A DNA stretch of 64,000 bases from Pseudomonas aeruginosa PAO1 (GTDB taxonomy: Bacteria > Pseudomonadota > Gammaproteobacteria > Pseudomonadales > Pseudomonadaceae): assembly GCF_000006765.1 (NCBI RefSeq), contig NC_002516.2; one strand, written 5' to 3'. The position numbers were made by a program, and so were the translations under genes. This document shows, one piece after another, positions 19,316 to 31,496 of this stretch (the first letter of the stretch is position 1; each line of letters starts with the position of its first letter). A model generated the notes under the pieces. That model was not told the DNA's origin. It saw nothing but the letters and a program-made list of their open reading frames with translations, and ran no database searches.

Positions 19316-20341
19316 ATGCGCGTGCTGGGACTGGAAACGTCCTGCGACGAAACCGGCGTCGCCCTTTACGACAGCGAACGCGGCCTGCTGGCCGACGCGC
19401 TGTTCAGTCAGATCGACCTCCATCGCGTCTACGGCGGCGTCGTGCCCGAGCTGGCCTCGCGCGACCACGTCAAGCGCATGCTGCCGCTGATCCGCCAGGT
19501 GCTCGACGAGTCCGGCTGCACGCCGGCGGATATCGACGCGATCGCCTATACCGCCGGTCCCGGCCTGGTCGGCGCCCTGCTGGTGGGGGCTTCCTGTGCC
19601 CAGGCGATGGCCTTCGCCTGGGGCGTGCCGGCGGTCGGCGTGCACCACATGGAAGGGCACCTGCTGGCGCCGATGCTGGAAGAGCAGCCACCGCGGTTCC
19701 CGTTCGTCGCCTTGCTGGTTTCCGGCGGTCACACCCAGTTGGTGCGGGTGGACGGTATCGGCCGCTACCAGTTGCTTGGCGAATCGGTGGACGATGCCGC
19801 CGGCGAAGCCTTCGACAAGACCGCCAAGCTGATCGGCCTGGGCTATCCCGGTGGTCCGGAAATCGCCCGCCTGGCGGAGCGCGGCACTCCTGGCCGCTTC
19901 GTGTTCCCGCGGCCGATGACCGATCGCCCCGGCCTGGACTTCAGCTTCAGCGGGCTCAAGACCTTTACCCTGAACACCTGGCAGCGTTGCGTCGAGGCCG
20001 GCGACGACAGCGAGCAGACCCGCTGCGACATCGCCCTGGCGTTCCAGACCGCGGTGGTCGAGACCCTGCTGATCAAGTGCCGTCGCGCCTTGAAGCAGAC
20101 CGGCCTGAAGAACCTGGTGATCGCCGGCGGCGTCAGCGCCAACCAGGCGCTGCGCAGCGGCCTGGAAAAGATGCTCGGCGAAATGAAGGGGCAGGTGTTC
20201 TACGCCCGCCCGCGCTTCTGCACCGACAATGGCGCGATGATCGCCTACGCCGGCTGCCAGCGCCTGCTCGCCGGCCAGCATGACGGCCCGGCGATCAGCG
20301 TCCAGCCGCGCTGGCCGATGGAGTCGCTGCCGGCGGTCTGA
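19316..20341 (+). CDS. tsaD: tRNA N6-threonylcarbamoyladenosine transferase
   Basis: [35 protein letters not shown]; 341 aa. Confidence 0.98.
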   Translation: MRVLGLETSCDETGVALYDSERGLLADALFSQIDLHRVYGGVVPELASRDHVKRMLPLIRQVLDESGCTPADIDAIAYTAGPGLVGALLVGASCAQAMAFAWGVPAVGVHHMEGHLLAPMLEEQPPRFPFVALLVSGGHTQLVRVDGIGRYQLLGESVDDAAGEAFDKTAKLIGLGYPGGPEIARLAERGTPGRFVFPRPMTDRPGLDFSFSGLKTFTLNTWQRCVEAGDDSEQTRCDIALAFQTAVVETLLIKCRRALKQTGLKNLVIAGGVSANQALRSGLEKMLGEMKGQVFYARPRFCTDNGAMIAYAGCQRLLAGQHDGPAISVQPRWPMESLPAV

Positions 20342-20419
20342 GTGGCCGCCAGGTCGCAGTCAGGCAGGTGTCGATGACGCAGCTGGGCCAGACTGCATGA
20401 AGTTTTTTCCTTTTATGGA

Positions 20420-20989
20420 TTAGAAATGCCGTTCGCGGCCGGCGAACAGATCGCGTAAGTTGGCGCGGTGCCGCCAGACGATCAGGCCGGTCAGCACGGT
20501 CATCGGCAGCAGCGCTCCGGGCTGCTGCCAGGCCAGCAACGGCAGGGTCAGCGGGGTGGCCACCAGCGAGGCGAGCGAGCTGGTGCGCGACAGCTTGAAG
20601 GTCAGCAGCCAGGCCGCCGCGGCCAGCAGTACGGCCGGCGGATAGAGGCCGAGGAGCATGCCCGCGGCGGTGGCGACACCCTTGCCGCCGCGGAAGTTGA
20701 AGTACAGCGGGTACAGGTGGCCGATCACGGCGGCGATGCCGACCCAGGCCTCCTCCATCACGCCGAGCCCCAGCCAGCGGGCGACCAGCACCGGCAACAG
20801 GCCTTTGCCGACGTCGCCGAGCAGGGTCAGGATGGCGAGTTTCTTCCCGGCGACGCGCAGCATGTTGGTCGCGCCGGGGTTGCCGGAACCGCTGGCGCGC
20901 GGGTCCTGGGTGCCGAACCAGCGGCTGAGCAGGACGGCGAAGGAGAGGGAACCGAGCAGGTAGGCGAGGATCGCCAGTAGCCAGACCAT
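20420..20989 (-). CDS. plsY: Glycerol-3-phosphate acyltransferase
   Basis: [31 protein letters not shown]; 189 aa. Confidence 0.96.
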   Translation of the reverse strand: MVWLLAILAYLLGSLSFAVLLSRWFGTQDPRASGSGNPGATNMLRVAGKKLAILTLLGDVGKGLLPVLVARWLGLGVMEEAWVGIAAVIGHLYPLYFNFRGGKGVATAAGMLLGLYPPAVLLAAAAWLLTFKLSRTSSLASLVATPLTLPLLAWQQPGALLPMTVLTGLIVWRHRANLRDLFAGRERHF

Positions 20990-21072
20990 GGATTCCACCG
21001 AGGACGAGGATGTCCTCGATTCTAACGGGGCGGCGCACGCTTGTCGTGGCATCCCTTGGAGCGGGTAGCGAA

Positions 21073-21426
21073 GTGGACAGAGTTTTTATCGAAGGCTTGG
21101 AGGTCGATACCGTCATCGGCGTGTACGACTGGGAGCGCGGCATCCGTCAGTGCCTGCGCCTGGACCTGACCCTGGGCTGGGACAACCGTCCGGCCGCCGC
21201 GGGCGACGATCTCGCCCTGGCGCTGGACTATGCCGCGTTGTCCGAGCGGGTGCAGGAATTCGCCCGGGAATCGCATTTCCAGTTGGTGGAAACCTTCGCC
21301 GAGCGCCTCGCCGAGGTACTGATGGGCGAGCGCGGCATTCCCTGGCTGCGCATCCGCGTGACCAAGCCCGGCGCGGTGCCGGCGGCCCGTGGCGTTGGCG
21401 TGGAGATCGAACGCGGATGTCGCTGA
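21073..21426 (+). CDS. folB: Dihydroneopterin aldolase
   Basis: GTG start; [34 protein letters not shown]. Confidence 0.96.
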   Translation: MDRVFIEGLEVDTVIGVYDWERGIRQCLRLDLTLGWDNRPAAAGDDLALALDYAALSERVQEFARESHFQLVETFAERLAEVLMGERGIPWLRIRVTKPGAVPAARGVGVEIERGCR

Positions 21427-21959
21427 TCCCGGTCTACCTCGGCCTCGGCAGCAATGTCGAGCGTGAGCGCCACCTGCATGCCGGCCTCGATGCGCTGGCC
21501 GGTTTCCTTCATGACCTGCGTTGCTCGCCGGTGTTCGAGAGCGAGCCGGTGGGTATCAAGAGCGGGCCGTTCTTCAACCTGGTGGTGTCTGCCCGCACCG
21601 ATCTGCCGCTGGCCGAACTGAGCCTGCGACTCAAGCACATCGAGGCCGACAATGGCCGCTATGCGCCAGAGCGCAAGGGGCTGCCGCTGGATATCGACGT
21701 GCTGTTCTACGGCGACCTGGTGGGCGATTTCGATGGCCTGGTGCTGCCGCGCGCCGAAGTGCTGAAGAACGCTTTCGTGCTCTGGCCCTTGTCCGAGCTG
21801 GCGCCGAACCTGGAGCATCCGGTCGCCCGCCAGCCGCTGGGCGATCTCTGGCGCGAGGCGAGGATCCAGCAGAAGCTCTGGCCGGCGCCATTCGAATGGC
21901 GTGGCCAGGCGTTGACTCCCGAAGCGCTGCTTCAGGCCTTTCCGCGTTCTTCCTTGTAG
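21417..21959 (+). CDS. folK: HPPK (2-amino-4-hydroxy-6-hydroxymethyldihydropteridine diphosphokinase)
   Basis: YLGLGSN, FFNLVV, IE...[15 protein letters not shown]...AFVLWPL. Confidence 0.92.
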   Translation: MSLIPVYLGLGSNVERERHLHAGLDALAGFLHDLRCSPVFESEPVGIKSGPFFNLVVSARTDLPLAELSLRLKHIEADNGRYAPERKGLPLDIDVLFYGDLVGDFDGLVLPRAEVLKNAFVLWPLSELAPNLEHPVARQPLGDLWREARIQQKLWPAPFEWRGQALTPEALLQAFPRSSL

Positions 21960-23164
21960 GCCTTGAGTGCGGCGAGGCGCGCACGCTTCAGCGCCTCGCC
22001 CAGTTCCGCGCCCTTCAAGCCCTTTTCCACCAGCGGCTTCACGCTGACTGCCCGCGCTGCCTGCGCCGCGCCGAGCAAGTAGGCGGCCTGCGGATAGTCC
22101 CGCTGTTCCAGGCCGAGGCGGCCGCGCGCGTCCATCTCGCTGGCGGCGACGAACTCCTCGAAACGCTGCGGGCGGCGATACACGTCGAAGCTCTGCAACA
22201 GCTCCAGCAGTGTATTCGGGCGCAGCTCCAGCGCCCGATGGGCGTGGGTGTGGTACTCGCCCACCAGGCGCGCCAGTTCCTGGCACTCGCGCGGCACCCT
22301 GAAGCGCTGGTTCACCGCATCGATCAACGGCACGCCGCGAGCCTCGTGGGCGATATGGCGGGGCCAGTCCGCTTCGCTGGTGAGTCCCTTGCCCAGGTCG
22401 TGCAGCAGGCAGGCCCAGCGTACGCTGAGCGGCTGCCGGTGGCGGGCGCATTGCTGCAATACCGACAGGACATGGACGCCGGTATCGATTTCCGGATGGT
22501 GGGCCGCCGGCTGCGGTACGCCGAATAGCGCCTCGACTTCTGGGATCAGTTCGGCCAGGGCGCCGCAGTCGTGCAGGACCTGGATGAAGACCTCGGGGTT
22601 GGGTTCCATCAGGGCTCGGGAAATTTCCTTCCAACTGCGCTCCGGGGTCAGCGCCTGCAACTCGCCGGATTCCGCCAGTTGGCGCATCAGGGCGAGGGTT
22701 TCGGCGGCGACCCGGAAGCCCAGGCCGGCGTAGCGGGCGGCGAAGCGCGCTACGCGCAGGACCCGCAGGGGATCCTCGGCGAACGCCGGGGAAACGTGGC
22801 GCAGCAGGCGCGCCTCGAGGTCGGCCTGGCCGCCGTAGGGGTCTATTACCCGGCCCTGTTCGTCCTCGGCCATGGCGTTGATGGTCAGGTCACGGCGAGT
22901 CAGGTCTTCCTCCAGGGTCACCTCGGGGCTGGCATGGAAGGTGAAGCCGCCGTAGCCGCGCCCGCTCTTTCGCTCAGTGCGCGCCAGGGCGTATTCCTCG
23001 CCGCTCTGCGGATGAAGGAAGACCGGGAAGTCGGCGCCCACCGGGCGGTAGCCGCGGGCGAGCATCTCGTCGCTGCTGGCACCGACCACCACCCAGTCGA
23101 TATCGGTGACCGGACGGCCGAGAAGGCGATCGCGCACGGCGCCGCCGACCTTGTAAATCTGCAT
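21932..23164 (-). CDS. cca: Multifunctional CCA-adding enzyme with HD domain
   Basis: [11 protein letters not shown]...[35 protein letters not shown]. Confidence 0.98.
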   Translation of the reverse strand: MQIYKVGGAVRDRLLGRPVTDIDWVVVGASSDEMLARGYRPVGADFPVFLHPQSGEEYALARTERKSGRGYGGFTFHASPEVTLEEDLTRRDLTINAMAEDEQGRVIDPYGGQADLEARLLRHVSPAFAEDPLRVLRVARFAARYAGLGFRVAAETLALMRQLAESGELQALTPERSWKEISRALMEPNPEVFIQVLHDCGALAELIPEVEALFGVPQPAAHHPEIDTGVHVLSVLQQCARHRQPLSVRWACLLHDLGKGLTSEADWPRHIAHEARGVPLIDAVNQRFRVPRECQELARLVGEYHTHAHRALELRPNTLLELLQSFDVYRRPQRFEEFVAASEMDARGRLGLEQRDYPQAAYLLGAAQAARAVSVKPLVEKGLKGAELGEALKRARLAALKAYKEERGKA

Positions 23165-23207
23165 GGGAATCCTCCGCGTGATAGGCGGAAGTCTACCCCA
23201 GGGTGTC

Positions 23208-23714
23208 CTAGCGGGCGCGTGGAAGCTGCCGGAGCAGGGCGCCGACCGCCAGTTCGAGCTGTTCCGGATTGGCCCTGGCGGGGCTGAGGCCGGTGCTTAC
23301 CATACCTTCCCAGAGAACGCGCTCCTCCAGGTCGACCAGGCGCACGCGCAATGTCCCGGTTTCGTCGCGCAGGCGGTGGATCGCCAGGTAAGGCCCCATG
23401 CCGGAGGTGGGCGGAAGGTCGGGGCGGAACTCCAGCGGTGCGTCGCGTAGCGCCAGCCAGTAGTAGACGCGGAATTGCGGGGTAGCGCTCTCGTGGTAGC
23501 CGTGGGCCGCCAGCCCCTGGCGCAGCTCTGCGTTTATCAGCGGATAGCGGTTGCGGTAGGGCAGGGCGTCGACCGCCTGTTCCGGCGGCATCAACTGGAA
23601 ACCTTGCAGGCCGGGCAGTCCGGCGCTGGCCGGATGGGTTACCCGGGCGCTGGGGATGTGGCTGGCGCAGGTGGCCAGGACGAGGCAGAGCAGGACGATG
23701 GCGAACAGGCGCAT
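23208..23714 (-). CDS. DUF4136-like exported protein (PA0585-like)
   Basis: Signal peptide with near-lipobox LATC; ETGTLRV.L.D...VLWEG C-terminal pattern. Confidence 0.7.
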   Translation of the reverse strand: MRLFAIVLLCLVLATCASHIPSARVTHPASAGLPGLQGFQLMPPEQAVDALPYRNRYPLINAELRQGLAAHGYHESATPQFRVYYWLALRDAPLEFRPDLPPTSGMGPYLAIHRLRDETGTLRVRLVDLEERVLWEGMVSTGLSPARANPEQLELAVGALLRQLPRAR

Positions 23715-23807
23715 GGCGGCTCCCGTGGACGGCCGGCTTCTTGTTCTGCTGTGGGCGCCCCGACCGTGCCGGCATGCTGGACGGCGGTCGGGGCTGACGT
23801 CAACCGA

Positions 23808-25361
23808 TCAAATGGGCGGGATGATCAGGTCCAAACGCGGGTAGCCTTCCTCGCCCTCGCTGGCGCCCTTGGGCGGCATGTGGTGGGTCTGCACGAGCTG
23901 GTCGCCCTGCAGGGTCTCCAGGTGGATATCGAAGCCCCACAAGCGATGCAGGTGCTTGAGCACGTCGGCGGTGGAGTCGCTCAGCGGCTGGCGGTCGAAC
24001 TGCTGGTGGCGCAGGGTCAGCGAGCGGTCGCCGCGACGGTCGACGTTCCAGATCTGGATGTTCGGCTCGCGGTTGCCGAGGTTGTACTGCGCCGCCAGGG
24101 TCTCGCGGATGGTGCGGTAGCCGGCTTCGTCGTGGATCGCCGCGACCAGCAGGTCGTCCTTCTGGTCGTCGTCGAGAATGCTGAACAGCTTCAGGTCGCG
24201 AATCACCTTGGGCGAGAGGAACTGCAGGATGAAGCTTTCGTCCTTGAAGCTCTTCATGGCGAACTTCAGCGTGGCCAGCCAGTCGCTGCCGGCGATATCC
24301 GGGAACCAGCGGCGGTCCTCGTCGGTAGGTTCCTCGCAGATGCGGCGGATGTCGCGGTACATGGCGAAGCCCAGGGCGTAGGGGTTGATGCCGCTGTAAT
24401 AGGGGCTGTCGAAGGACGGCTGGTAGACCACGCTGGTGTGGTATTGCAGGAACTCCATCATGAAGCCGTCGTTGACCAGGCCTTCGTCGTAGAGGTCGTT
24501 GAGCAGCGTGTAGTGCCAGAAGGTCGCCCAGCCTTCGTTCATCACCTGGGTCTGGCGTTGCGGGTAGAAATACTGGGCGATCTTGCGCACGATGCGGATC
24601 ACCTCGCGCTGCCAGGGCTCCAGAAGCGGCGCGTTCTTCTCGATGAAGTAGAGGATGTTCTCCTGCGGCTCGCTCGGATAGCGCGCCATGGATTGTTCCT
24701 TGTCCTTGCCGCCGACGCGCGGGATGGTCCGCCAGAGGTCATTGACCTGGCGCTGGATCAGTTCCTCGCGCTCCTTCTGCCGCTGCCGCTCCTCTTCCGC
24801 GGAAATCGGGTAGGGACGCTTGTAGCGGTCGACACCGTAGTTCATCAGGGCGTGGCAGGAGTCGAGCAGGTCTTCCACCGCGTCGATCCCGTAGCGCTCC
24901 TCGCACTGCATGATGTACTGCTTGGCGAACACCAGGTAATCGATGATCGAACTGGCATCGGTCCAGGTGCGGAACAGGTAGTTGCCCTTGAAGAAACTGT
25001 TGTGCCCGTAGCAGGCGTGGGCGATCACCAGCGCCTGCATGCACTGGGTGTTTTCCTCCATCAGGTAGGCGATGCAGGGATCGGAGTTGATCACGATCTC
25101 GTAGGCCAGGCCCATCTGGCCACGCTTGTAGTTCTTTTCCGTACTGAGGAAGTGCTTGCCGTAGGACCAGTGGTTATAGCCGATCGGCATGCCCACCGAG
25201 GCGTAGGCGTCCATCATCTGCTCGGCGGTGATCACCTCGATCTGGTTCGGATAGGTATCCAGGGCATAGCGCTCGGCGATCCTGCTGATTTCCCGGTCGT
25301 ACTGCTGGATCAGCTCGAAGGTCCATTCCGAGCCGGTGGCGATGGGCTGGCGCTTGCTCAT
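23808..25361 (-). CDS. ycgB: SpoVR/YcgB family protein
   Basis: Start [15 protein letters not shown]; [38 protein letters not shown]; 517 aa. Confidence 0.95.
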
Positions 25362-26629
25362 GCGACGAGCCTCCTCTGGAACAGCTCGCGGAACACCGGG
25401 TAGATGTCCGATGCCGAGACGATCTGCTGCTGGGCGAAGCTGTCTTCGAAGGCTTCGCGCACGCGCTCGTACTCGAACCACAGGGCCTGGTGTTCGCGCG
25501 GGGTGATCTCGACGTAGGTGTAGTACTGGACGAACGGCATGATCTGCTTGAGGAGGATGTCCCGGCACACCGGCGAGTCGTCGTTCCAGTTGTCGCCGTC
25601 CGAGGCCTGGGCGGCGTAGATGTTCCACTCATGGGTCGGATAACGCTCGGCCATGATCTCCTGCATCATCTTCAGCGCGCTGGAGACGATGGTGCCGCCG
25701 GTCTCGCGGGAGTAGAAGAACTCCTCCTCGTCGACCTCGCGGGCGCTGGTGTGGTGGCGGATGAACACCACTTCGATCTTCTCGTAGTTCCGCTTGAGGA
25801 ACAGGTAGAGCAGGATGAAGAAGCGCTTGGCGATGTCCTTGGTCGCCTGGGTCATCGAGCCGGAGACGTCCATCAGGCAGAACATCACCGCCTTGGAGGT
25901 GGGGTTGGGCTGCTTGACCAGCAGGTTGTACTTGAGATCGAAGGTATCGAGGAACGGCACCCGGTCGATGCGCGCGCGGAGCTTGGCGATTTCCAGCTCG
26001 AGTTCCTGGATATCGCCGAGGTTGTCCGGCTCTTCGCGCTTGATCCGCTCCAGTTCCTTCAGCGCCGCGCGCAGCTTGGCCCGGCTGCCGCCGGACAGCG
26101 CGATGCGCCGCGCATGGGCCGAGCGCAGGGTGCGGACGATGTTGATGCGCGACGGGTTGCCGTCGTTGCTGATGCCGGCGCGGACGGTCTTGAAGGTGTC
26201 GGTGCCGGTGATGTGGCGCTTGACCAGGTTGGGCAGCTCCAGGTCCTCGAACATGAAGTCGAGGAATTCCTCCTGGGTGATCTGGAAGACGAAGTCGTCC
26301 ATGCCTTCGCCGCTGTTGCTGGCCTTGCCGCCGCCGCGGCCGCCCCCGCCGCCGGATGGACGGGCGATGTGCTCGCCGGCGGTGAATTCCTTGTTGCCGG
26401 GGTGGACGACGGTCTGCCGCCCGCCACGGCCATGGTGCAGCACCGGTTCGTCGATATCGCGCCCGGGAATGCTGATCTGCTCGCCGTGCTCCATGTCGGT
26501 AATGGAACGCCGGCTGACGGCCTCCTCGACGGCCTTCTTGATGTGTTCACGGTAGCGCCTCAGGAAGCGCTGGCGGTTCACCGTGCTCTTGTTCTTGCCG
26601 TTCAGACGCCGGTCGATGACGTAGCTCAT
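25358..26629 (-). CDS. yeaH: YeaH/YhbH (DUF444) vWA-domain protein
   Basis: [21 protein letters not shown]-like MDVSGSM, ASDGDNW; ATGA overlap with ycgB. Confidence 0.95.
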
Positions 26630-26729
26630 GAATGCTCCTCAGGGCCTGTGGCGCCCCGCCGGAGCGGAGGCGCCGAGGTCCGAATGCGACGGCGACCGGT
26701 ACGGTCGCAGCGACCGTACCGATGGCAGA

Positions 26730-28652
26730 CTACTGCGACTTGCGAACCCGCAGGTACCATTCCGACAGCAGGCGGACCTGCTTCTCGGTGTAGCCGCGCT
26801 CGACCATGCGTTTGACGAAGTCGTTGTGCTTCTGCTGGTCCTCCTTGCTGGCCTTGGCGTTGAAGCTGATGACCGGAAGCAGGTCCTCGGTGTTGGAGAA
26901 CATCTTCTTCTCGATCACTACGCGCAGCTTCTCGTAGGACAGCCAACTCGGGTTCTTGCCGTTGTTGCCGGCGCGGGCGCGCAGTACGAAGTTGACGATC
27001 TCGTTGCGGAAGTCCTTCGGGTTGCTGATGCCCGCGGGTTTCTCGATCTTCTCCAGTTCCTCGTTGAGGGCGGCGCGGTTGAGGATCTCGCCGGTTTCCG
27101 GGTCGCGGTATTCCTGGTCCTGGATCCAGAAGTCGGCGTACAGCACATAGCGGTCGAAGATGTTCTGACCGTATTCGCTGTAGGACTCCAGGTAGGCGGT
27201 CTGGATTTCCTTGCCGATGAACTCGACGTAGCGCGGCGCCAGGTATTCCTTGATGAAGCGCAGGTAGCGCTCGCGGGTTTCCGGCTGGAACTGTTCCTGC
27301 TCGATCTGCTGTTCGAGGACGTAGAGCAGGTGCACCGGGTTGGCCGCTACCTCGTGCGGGTCGAAGTTGAATACCTTGGAGAGGATCTTGAAGGCGAAGC
27401 GGGTGGAAAGCCCGGCCATGCCTTCGTCGACCCCGGCCGAGTCGCGGTATTCCTGGATCGACTTGGCCTTGGGATCGGTATCTTTCAGGTTTTCGCCGTC
27501 ATATACCCGCATCTTCGAGTAGATATTCGAGTTTTCCGGCTCTTTCAGCCTCGACAGCACGGAGAACTGCGAGAGCATCTTCAGGGTGTCCGGCGCGCAG
27601 TGGGCATGCGCCAGCGAGCTGTTGACCAGCAACTTGTCGTAGATCTTGATCTCGTCCGCCACGCGCAGGCAGTACGGCACCTTGACGATGTAGATGCGGT
27701 CGATGAAGGCCTCGTTGTTCTTGTTGTTGCGGAAGCTGTGCCATTCCGACTCGTTGGAGTGAGCCAGAATGATGCCGCTGTAGGGCAGGGCACCGAGGCC
27801 TTCGGTGCTGTTGTAGTTGCCTTCCTGGGTCGCGGTCAGCAGCGGGTGCAGGACCTTGATCGGGGCCTTGAACATCTCGACGAATTCCATCAGGCCCTGG
27901 TTGGCCCGGCAGAGGGCGCCCGAATAGCTGTAGGCGTCCGCGTCGTTCTGCGGGTATTCCTCCAGCTTGCGGATGTCGACCTTGCCGACCAGCGCGGATA
28001 TGTCCTGGTTGTTCTCGTCGCCGGGCTCGGTCTTGGCGATGGCGATCTGGTTGAGGATCGAGGGGTACAGCTTGACCACGCGGAACTGGCTGATGTCGCC
28101 GCCGAACTCGTTGAGGCGCTTGGTTGCCCAGGGCGACATGATCGAGCGCAGGTAGCGCCTCGGGATGCCGTAGTCCTCCTCGAGGATGGCGCCGTCTTCG
28201 TCGGGGTTGAACAAGCCCAGCGGCGACTCGAAGACCGGCGAGCCCTTGATCGCGTAGAAGGGCACCTTCTCCATCAGTTGCTTGAGTTTTTCCGCCAGGG
28301 AGGATTTACCGCCGCCGACCGGGCCGAGCAGGTAAAGGATCTGCTTCTTCTCCTCCAGGCCCTGGGCCGCATGGCGGAAGAACGCGACGATCTGGTCGAT
28401 GCATTCCTCCATGCCGTGGAAGTCGGCGAACGCCGGGTAGCGGCGAATCACCTTGTTGGAGAAGATCCGCGACAGCCTGGAGTCCACCGAGGTGTCCAGC
28501 AATTCCGGCTCGCCGATCGCCATCAGCAGGCGCTCGGCGGCAGAGGCATAGGCTGTCTTGTCTTGCTTGCAGAGGTCGAGATATTCCTGGAGGGAATATT
28601 CCTCTTGGCGGGTCGCTTCGAAGCGTTCCTGGAAGTGACTGAAAATGCTCAT
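26730..28652 (-). CDS. yeaG: PrkA/YeaG AAA+ family protein
   Basis: Start MSIFSHFQ; Walker A GPVGGGKS, ANQGLMEFVEMFK; 640 aa. Confidence 0.96.
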   Translation of the reverse strand: MSIFSHFQERFEATRQEEYSLQEYLDLCKQDKTAYASAAERLLMAIGEPELLDTSVDSRLSRIFSNKVIRRYPAFADFHGMEECIDQIVAFFRHAAQGLEEKKQILYLLGPVGGGKSSLAEKLKQLMEKVPFYAIKGSPVFESPLGLFNPDEDGAILEEDYGIPRRYLRSIMSPWATKRLNEFGGDISQFRVVKLYPSILNQIAIAKTEPGDENNQDISALVGKVDIRKLEEYPQNDADAYSYSGALCRANQGLMEFVEMFKAPIKVLHPLLTATQEGNYNSTEGLGALPYSGIILAHSNESEWHSFRNNKNNEAFIDRIYIVKVPYCLRVADEIKIYDKLLVNSSLAHAHCAPDTLKMLSQFSVLSRLKEPENSNIYSKMRVYDGENLKDTDPKAKSIQEYRDSAGVDEGMAGLSTRFAFKILSKVFNFDPHEVAANPVHLLYVLEQQIEQEQFQPETRERYLRFIKEYLAPRYVEFIGKEIQTAYLESYSEYGQNIFDRYVLYADFWIQDQEYRDPETGEILNRAALNEELEKIEKPAGISNPKDFRNEIVNFVLRARAGNNGKNPSWLSYEKLRVVIEKKMFSNTEDLLPVISFNAKASKEDQQKHNDFVKRMVERGYTEKQVRLLSEWYLRVRKSQ

Positions 28653-28930
28653 GACGTCTCCTCGCTCGATGCAGTGAGCCGGCGCGGGATCGGTCGTGCG
28701 GGTGCGGGGGGGCCGCCAGCCAGGCCGGCGAGAATCCCCCAGACTCCGTCGCTGCACGGTGCTTCCCTTTCCGCCAGCGCTCCTAACGGTCACAGCCGAT
28801 GGCCCGGAAGCCGGTGTGCCGGCTCTCCCCTGTTTTGGATGGCCTGAGGAAAAGAATAGTTCGTTCTGGACGGAGTAAAGGAAGAAAGGCGAGAGAAGTT
28901 ACAGTTTTTTTGGCGGGGTAGCGGCGTGGC

Positions 28931-29263
28931 CTACTCCGCTTCGCCGCTGCTGGTATCCGCGGGATAGACGCTGCGCCATAGCTCGAAGCCGCCGTCGAGG
29001 CTGTAGACGTCGCTGAAGCCCTGCTGGATGAAATAGGCGGCGGCGCTCTGGCTGGAGTTGCCGTGGTAGCAGACCACCACCAGCGGAGCGTCGAGGTCGG
29101 CGGCGGCGATGAAGTCCGCCACCGAGTGGTTGTCGATGTGCCGCGAGCCGCTGATATGGCCGACAGCGAAGCTCTGCGGGTCGCGGATGTCGACCACCTG
29201 GGCGCCGTTTTCGCGGAGTTGGCGGACCTGTTCGGGGGCGATGCGCTGGAAGGTGTCGCTCAT
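28931..29263 (-). CDS. glpE: Thiosulfate sulfurtransferase (single-domain rhodanese)
   Basis: [13 protein letters not shown], active-site CYHGNSS, SLDGGF. Confidence 0.95.
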   Translation of the reverse strand: MSDTFQRIAPEQVRQLRENGAQVVDIRDPQSFAVGHISGSRHIDNHSVADFIAAADLDAPLVVVCYHGNSSQSAAAYFIQQGFSDVYSLDGGFELWRSVYPADTSSGEAE

Positions 29264-29306
29264 GTCGGGGTACCTGTGTACAGGGCGTCCACCGGACGCC
29301 GGGGAT

Positions 29307-30158
29307 TCATGCGGGCGTGGCGGCGGGTCTGGCCGGCGCGCGCTGTTCGGCGCAATCGCAGCTCAGGCGTTCGCCGCTGTCGACGTTCAACAGGGTCATC
29401 CGCGCGCCCCAGACGCAGCCGGTATCCAGGGCGAACAGGCCGGGCTCGTCGCAGTGGCCTTCGAGGGCCGCCCAGTGGCCGAAGATGATCTTCTCGCCGC
29501 GGGTCTTGCGCGAAGGGAAGCTGAACCAGGGGGCGTAGCCGGGCGGCGCGGTGTCGAGGCCTTCCTTGCTCTTCAGGTCGAGCTTGCCATCTTCGGTGCA
29601 GAAACGCATGCGGGTGAAGTAGTTGGTGATCACCCTCAGACGATCGATGCCATGCAGCTTCTTGTCCCACTTGGCCGGCTCGTTGCCGTACATGCCGTCG
29701 AGGAACAGCGGCAGGCGCTGGTCGTCGCGCAATGCTTGCTCCACCTCGGCTGCGCGCAGGCGGGCTTTTTCCAGGCTCCACTGCGGGGGGATGCCGGCAT
29801 GCACCAGGGCGACCTTGCGTTGTTCGTCATAGTGCAGCAGCGGCAGGCGACGCAGCCAGTCGAGCAGTGGCTCGCGGTCCGGCGCCTCGAGGATTTCCCG
29901 CAGCGTGTCGGACTTCTTCAGGCGCTCGGACTTGTGCGCTACCGCCAGCAGGTGCAGGTCGTGGTTGCCCAGGACGCTGACCACCGACTCGCGCATGGCA
30001 TAGAGGAAGCGCAGCGTCTCCAGGGACTGCGGGCCGCGGTTGACCAGGTCGCCGACCAGCCACAGGCGGTCCTTGGCCGGGTCGAAGGCGACGCGCTCCA
30101 GCAGGCATTTCAGGGGATCCAGGCAACCCTGCAGGTCGCCTACCGCGTAGACCGCCAT
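29307..30158 (-). CDS. apaH: Symmetrical diadenosine tetraphosphatase
   Basis: [36 protein letters not shown]. Confidence 0.97.
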
Positions 30159-30538
30159 CAGTGCAGCGCTCCCGGTACGGCCAGGCGAAACACCGGGATC
30201 GCGGCGTCGAAGGCGATTCCGTCGCTGCCGAGCATCTGATAGCTGCCGCGCATGCTGCCGACCCGGGTCGCCAGCACCGTGCCGCTGGTGTAGGTGTGTT
30301 GCGCGCCGGGGGCGATCAGCGGTTGCTCGCCGACCACGCCGGCGCCGCGAACTTCCTGGGTACGGCCGTCGCCGTCGGTGATGATCCAGTGGCGCGACAG
30401 CAGTTGGGCCGGAACCTCGCCCTGGTTCTCGATGGTCACCGTGTAGGCGAAGGCGAAACGGTTCTGCTCCGGGGCGGACTGTTCCGGAAGGTAGCGGGTG
30501 TCGACCCTGACGTTGACCTGGTGCTGGGTATCGCTCAT
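30158..30538 (-). CDS. apaG: ApaG/CorD protein
   Basis: [34 protein letters not shown]. Confidence 0.97.
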
Positions 30539-30574
30539 ACGGCTTGCCTGATTCCTGACGAGTGTCTCATCAGA

Positions 30575-31381
30575 CTAACGATTGCCTGGCAGCTCGGCCA
30601 GCTGGTTGGCCAGGCGGACGAATGCGGCCAGGTCGAGTTGTTCGGGACGAAGGGTCGGATCGACCTCTGCGGCCTCGATGTCCTCGACGCTCAGGAGAGG
30701 CTTGAGGGTGTTGCGCAGGGTCTTGCGGCGCTGGTTGAAGGCCTCGCGGACCACCCGTTCGAGCAGTTTCGGATCGCGTGCCGGATGGGGCGGCTCGGCG
30801 AAGGGGGTGAGACGGACGATGGCCGAGTCGACCTTGGGCGGCGGGTTGAACGCGCCGGGGCCGACGTTGAACAGGTGCTCCACCCGACAGTGATACTGGA
30901 CCATGATCGAGAGCCGGCCCCAGTCTCCGCCGCCCGGCGTGGCCGCCAGGCGCTCGACCACTTCCTTCTGCAGCATGAAGTGCATGTCCTCGATCACCGG
31001 CGCGTGCTCCAGCAGATGGAAGATCAGTGGCGTGGAGATGTTGTAGGGCAGGTTGCCGACCACTCGCAGCTTCTCGCCGCTCTCCACCAGCGAGGCGAAA
31101 TCGAACTTGAGGGCGTCGCCCTGGTGCAGGCTGAAGCGCGACTCGAGGCCGAATTTCAGCTTCAACAGAGGGATCAGGTCCTGGTCGAGCTCGATCACGT
31201 CCAGGCGTGCGCCGCTGCCCAGCAGTCCCTCGGTCAGGGCGCCCTGGCCCGGGCCGATCTCCAGCAGGCGCTGACCCTCGCGGGCATGGATGGCACGGAG
31301 GATGCGGTGAATCACCCCGGCATCGTGCAGGAAGTTCTGGCCGAAGCGCTTGCGCGCGCGGTGTTGGTAAAGCTCGGACAT
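30575..31381 (-). CDS. ksgA: 16S rRNA m6,2A1518/1519 dimethyltransferase
   Basis: RKRFGQNFL, EIGPGQG, VVGNLPYNIS, FNPPPKVDSA. Confidence 0.98.
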   Translation of the reverse strand: MSELYQHRARKRFGQNFLHDAGVIHRILRAIHAREGQRLLEIGPGQGALTEGLLGSGARLDVIELDQDLIPLLKLKFGLESRFSLHQGDALKFDFASLVESGEKLRVVGNLPYNISTPLIFHLLEHAPVIEDMHFMLQKEVVERLAATPGGGDWGRLSIMVQYHCRVEHLFNVGPGAFNPPPKVDSAIVRLTPFAEPPHPARDPKLLERVVREAFNQRRKTLRNTLKPLLSVEDIEAAEVDPTLRPEQLDLAAFVRLANQLAELPGNR

Positions 31382-31496
31382 TGGAAACGGTTCCAGGCTG
31401 CGGGCCCCAGGCCAAGGCGGGAGGCGCGGATGCGAAAGGGCGCCATTTTAACAGCGAAGCGTCGGGCCGGCAGGGCTAAACGATGGCCGACCGCCG

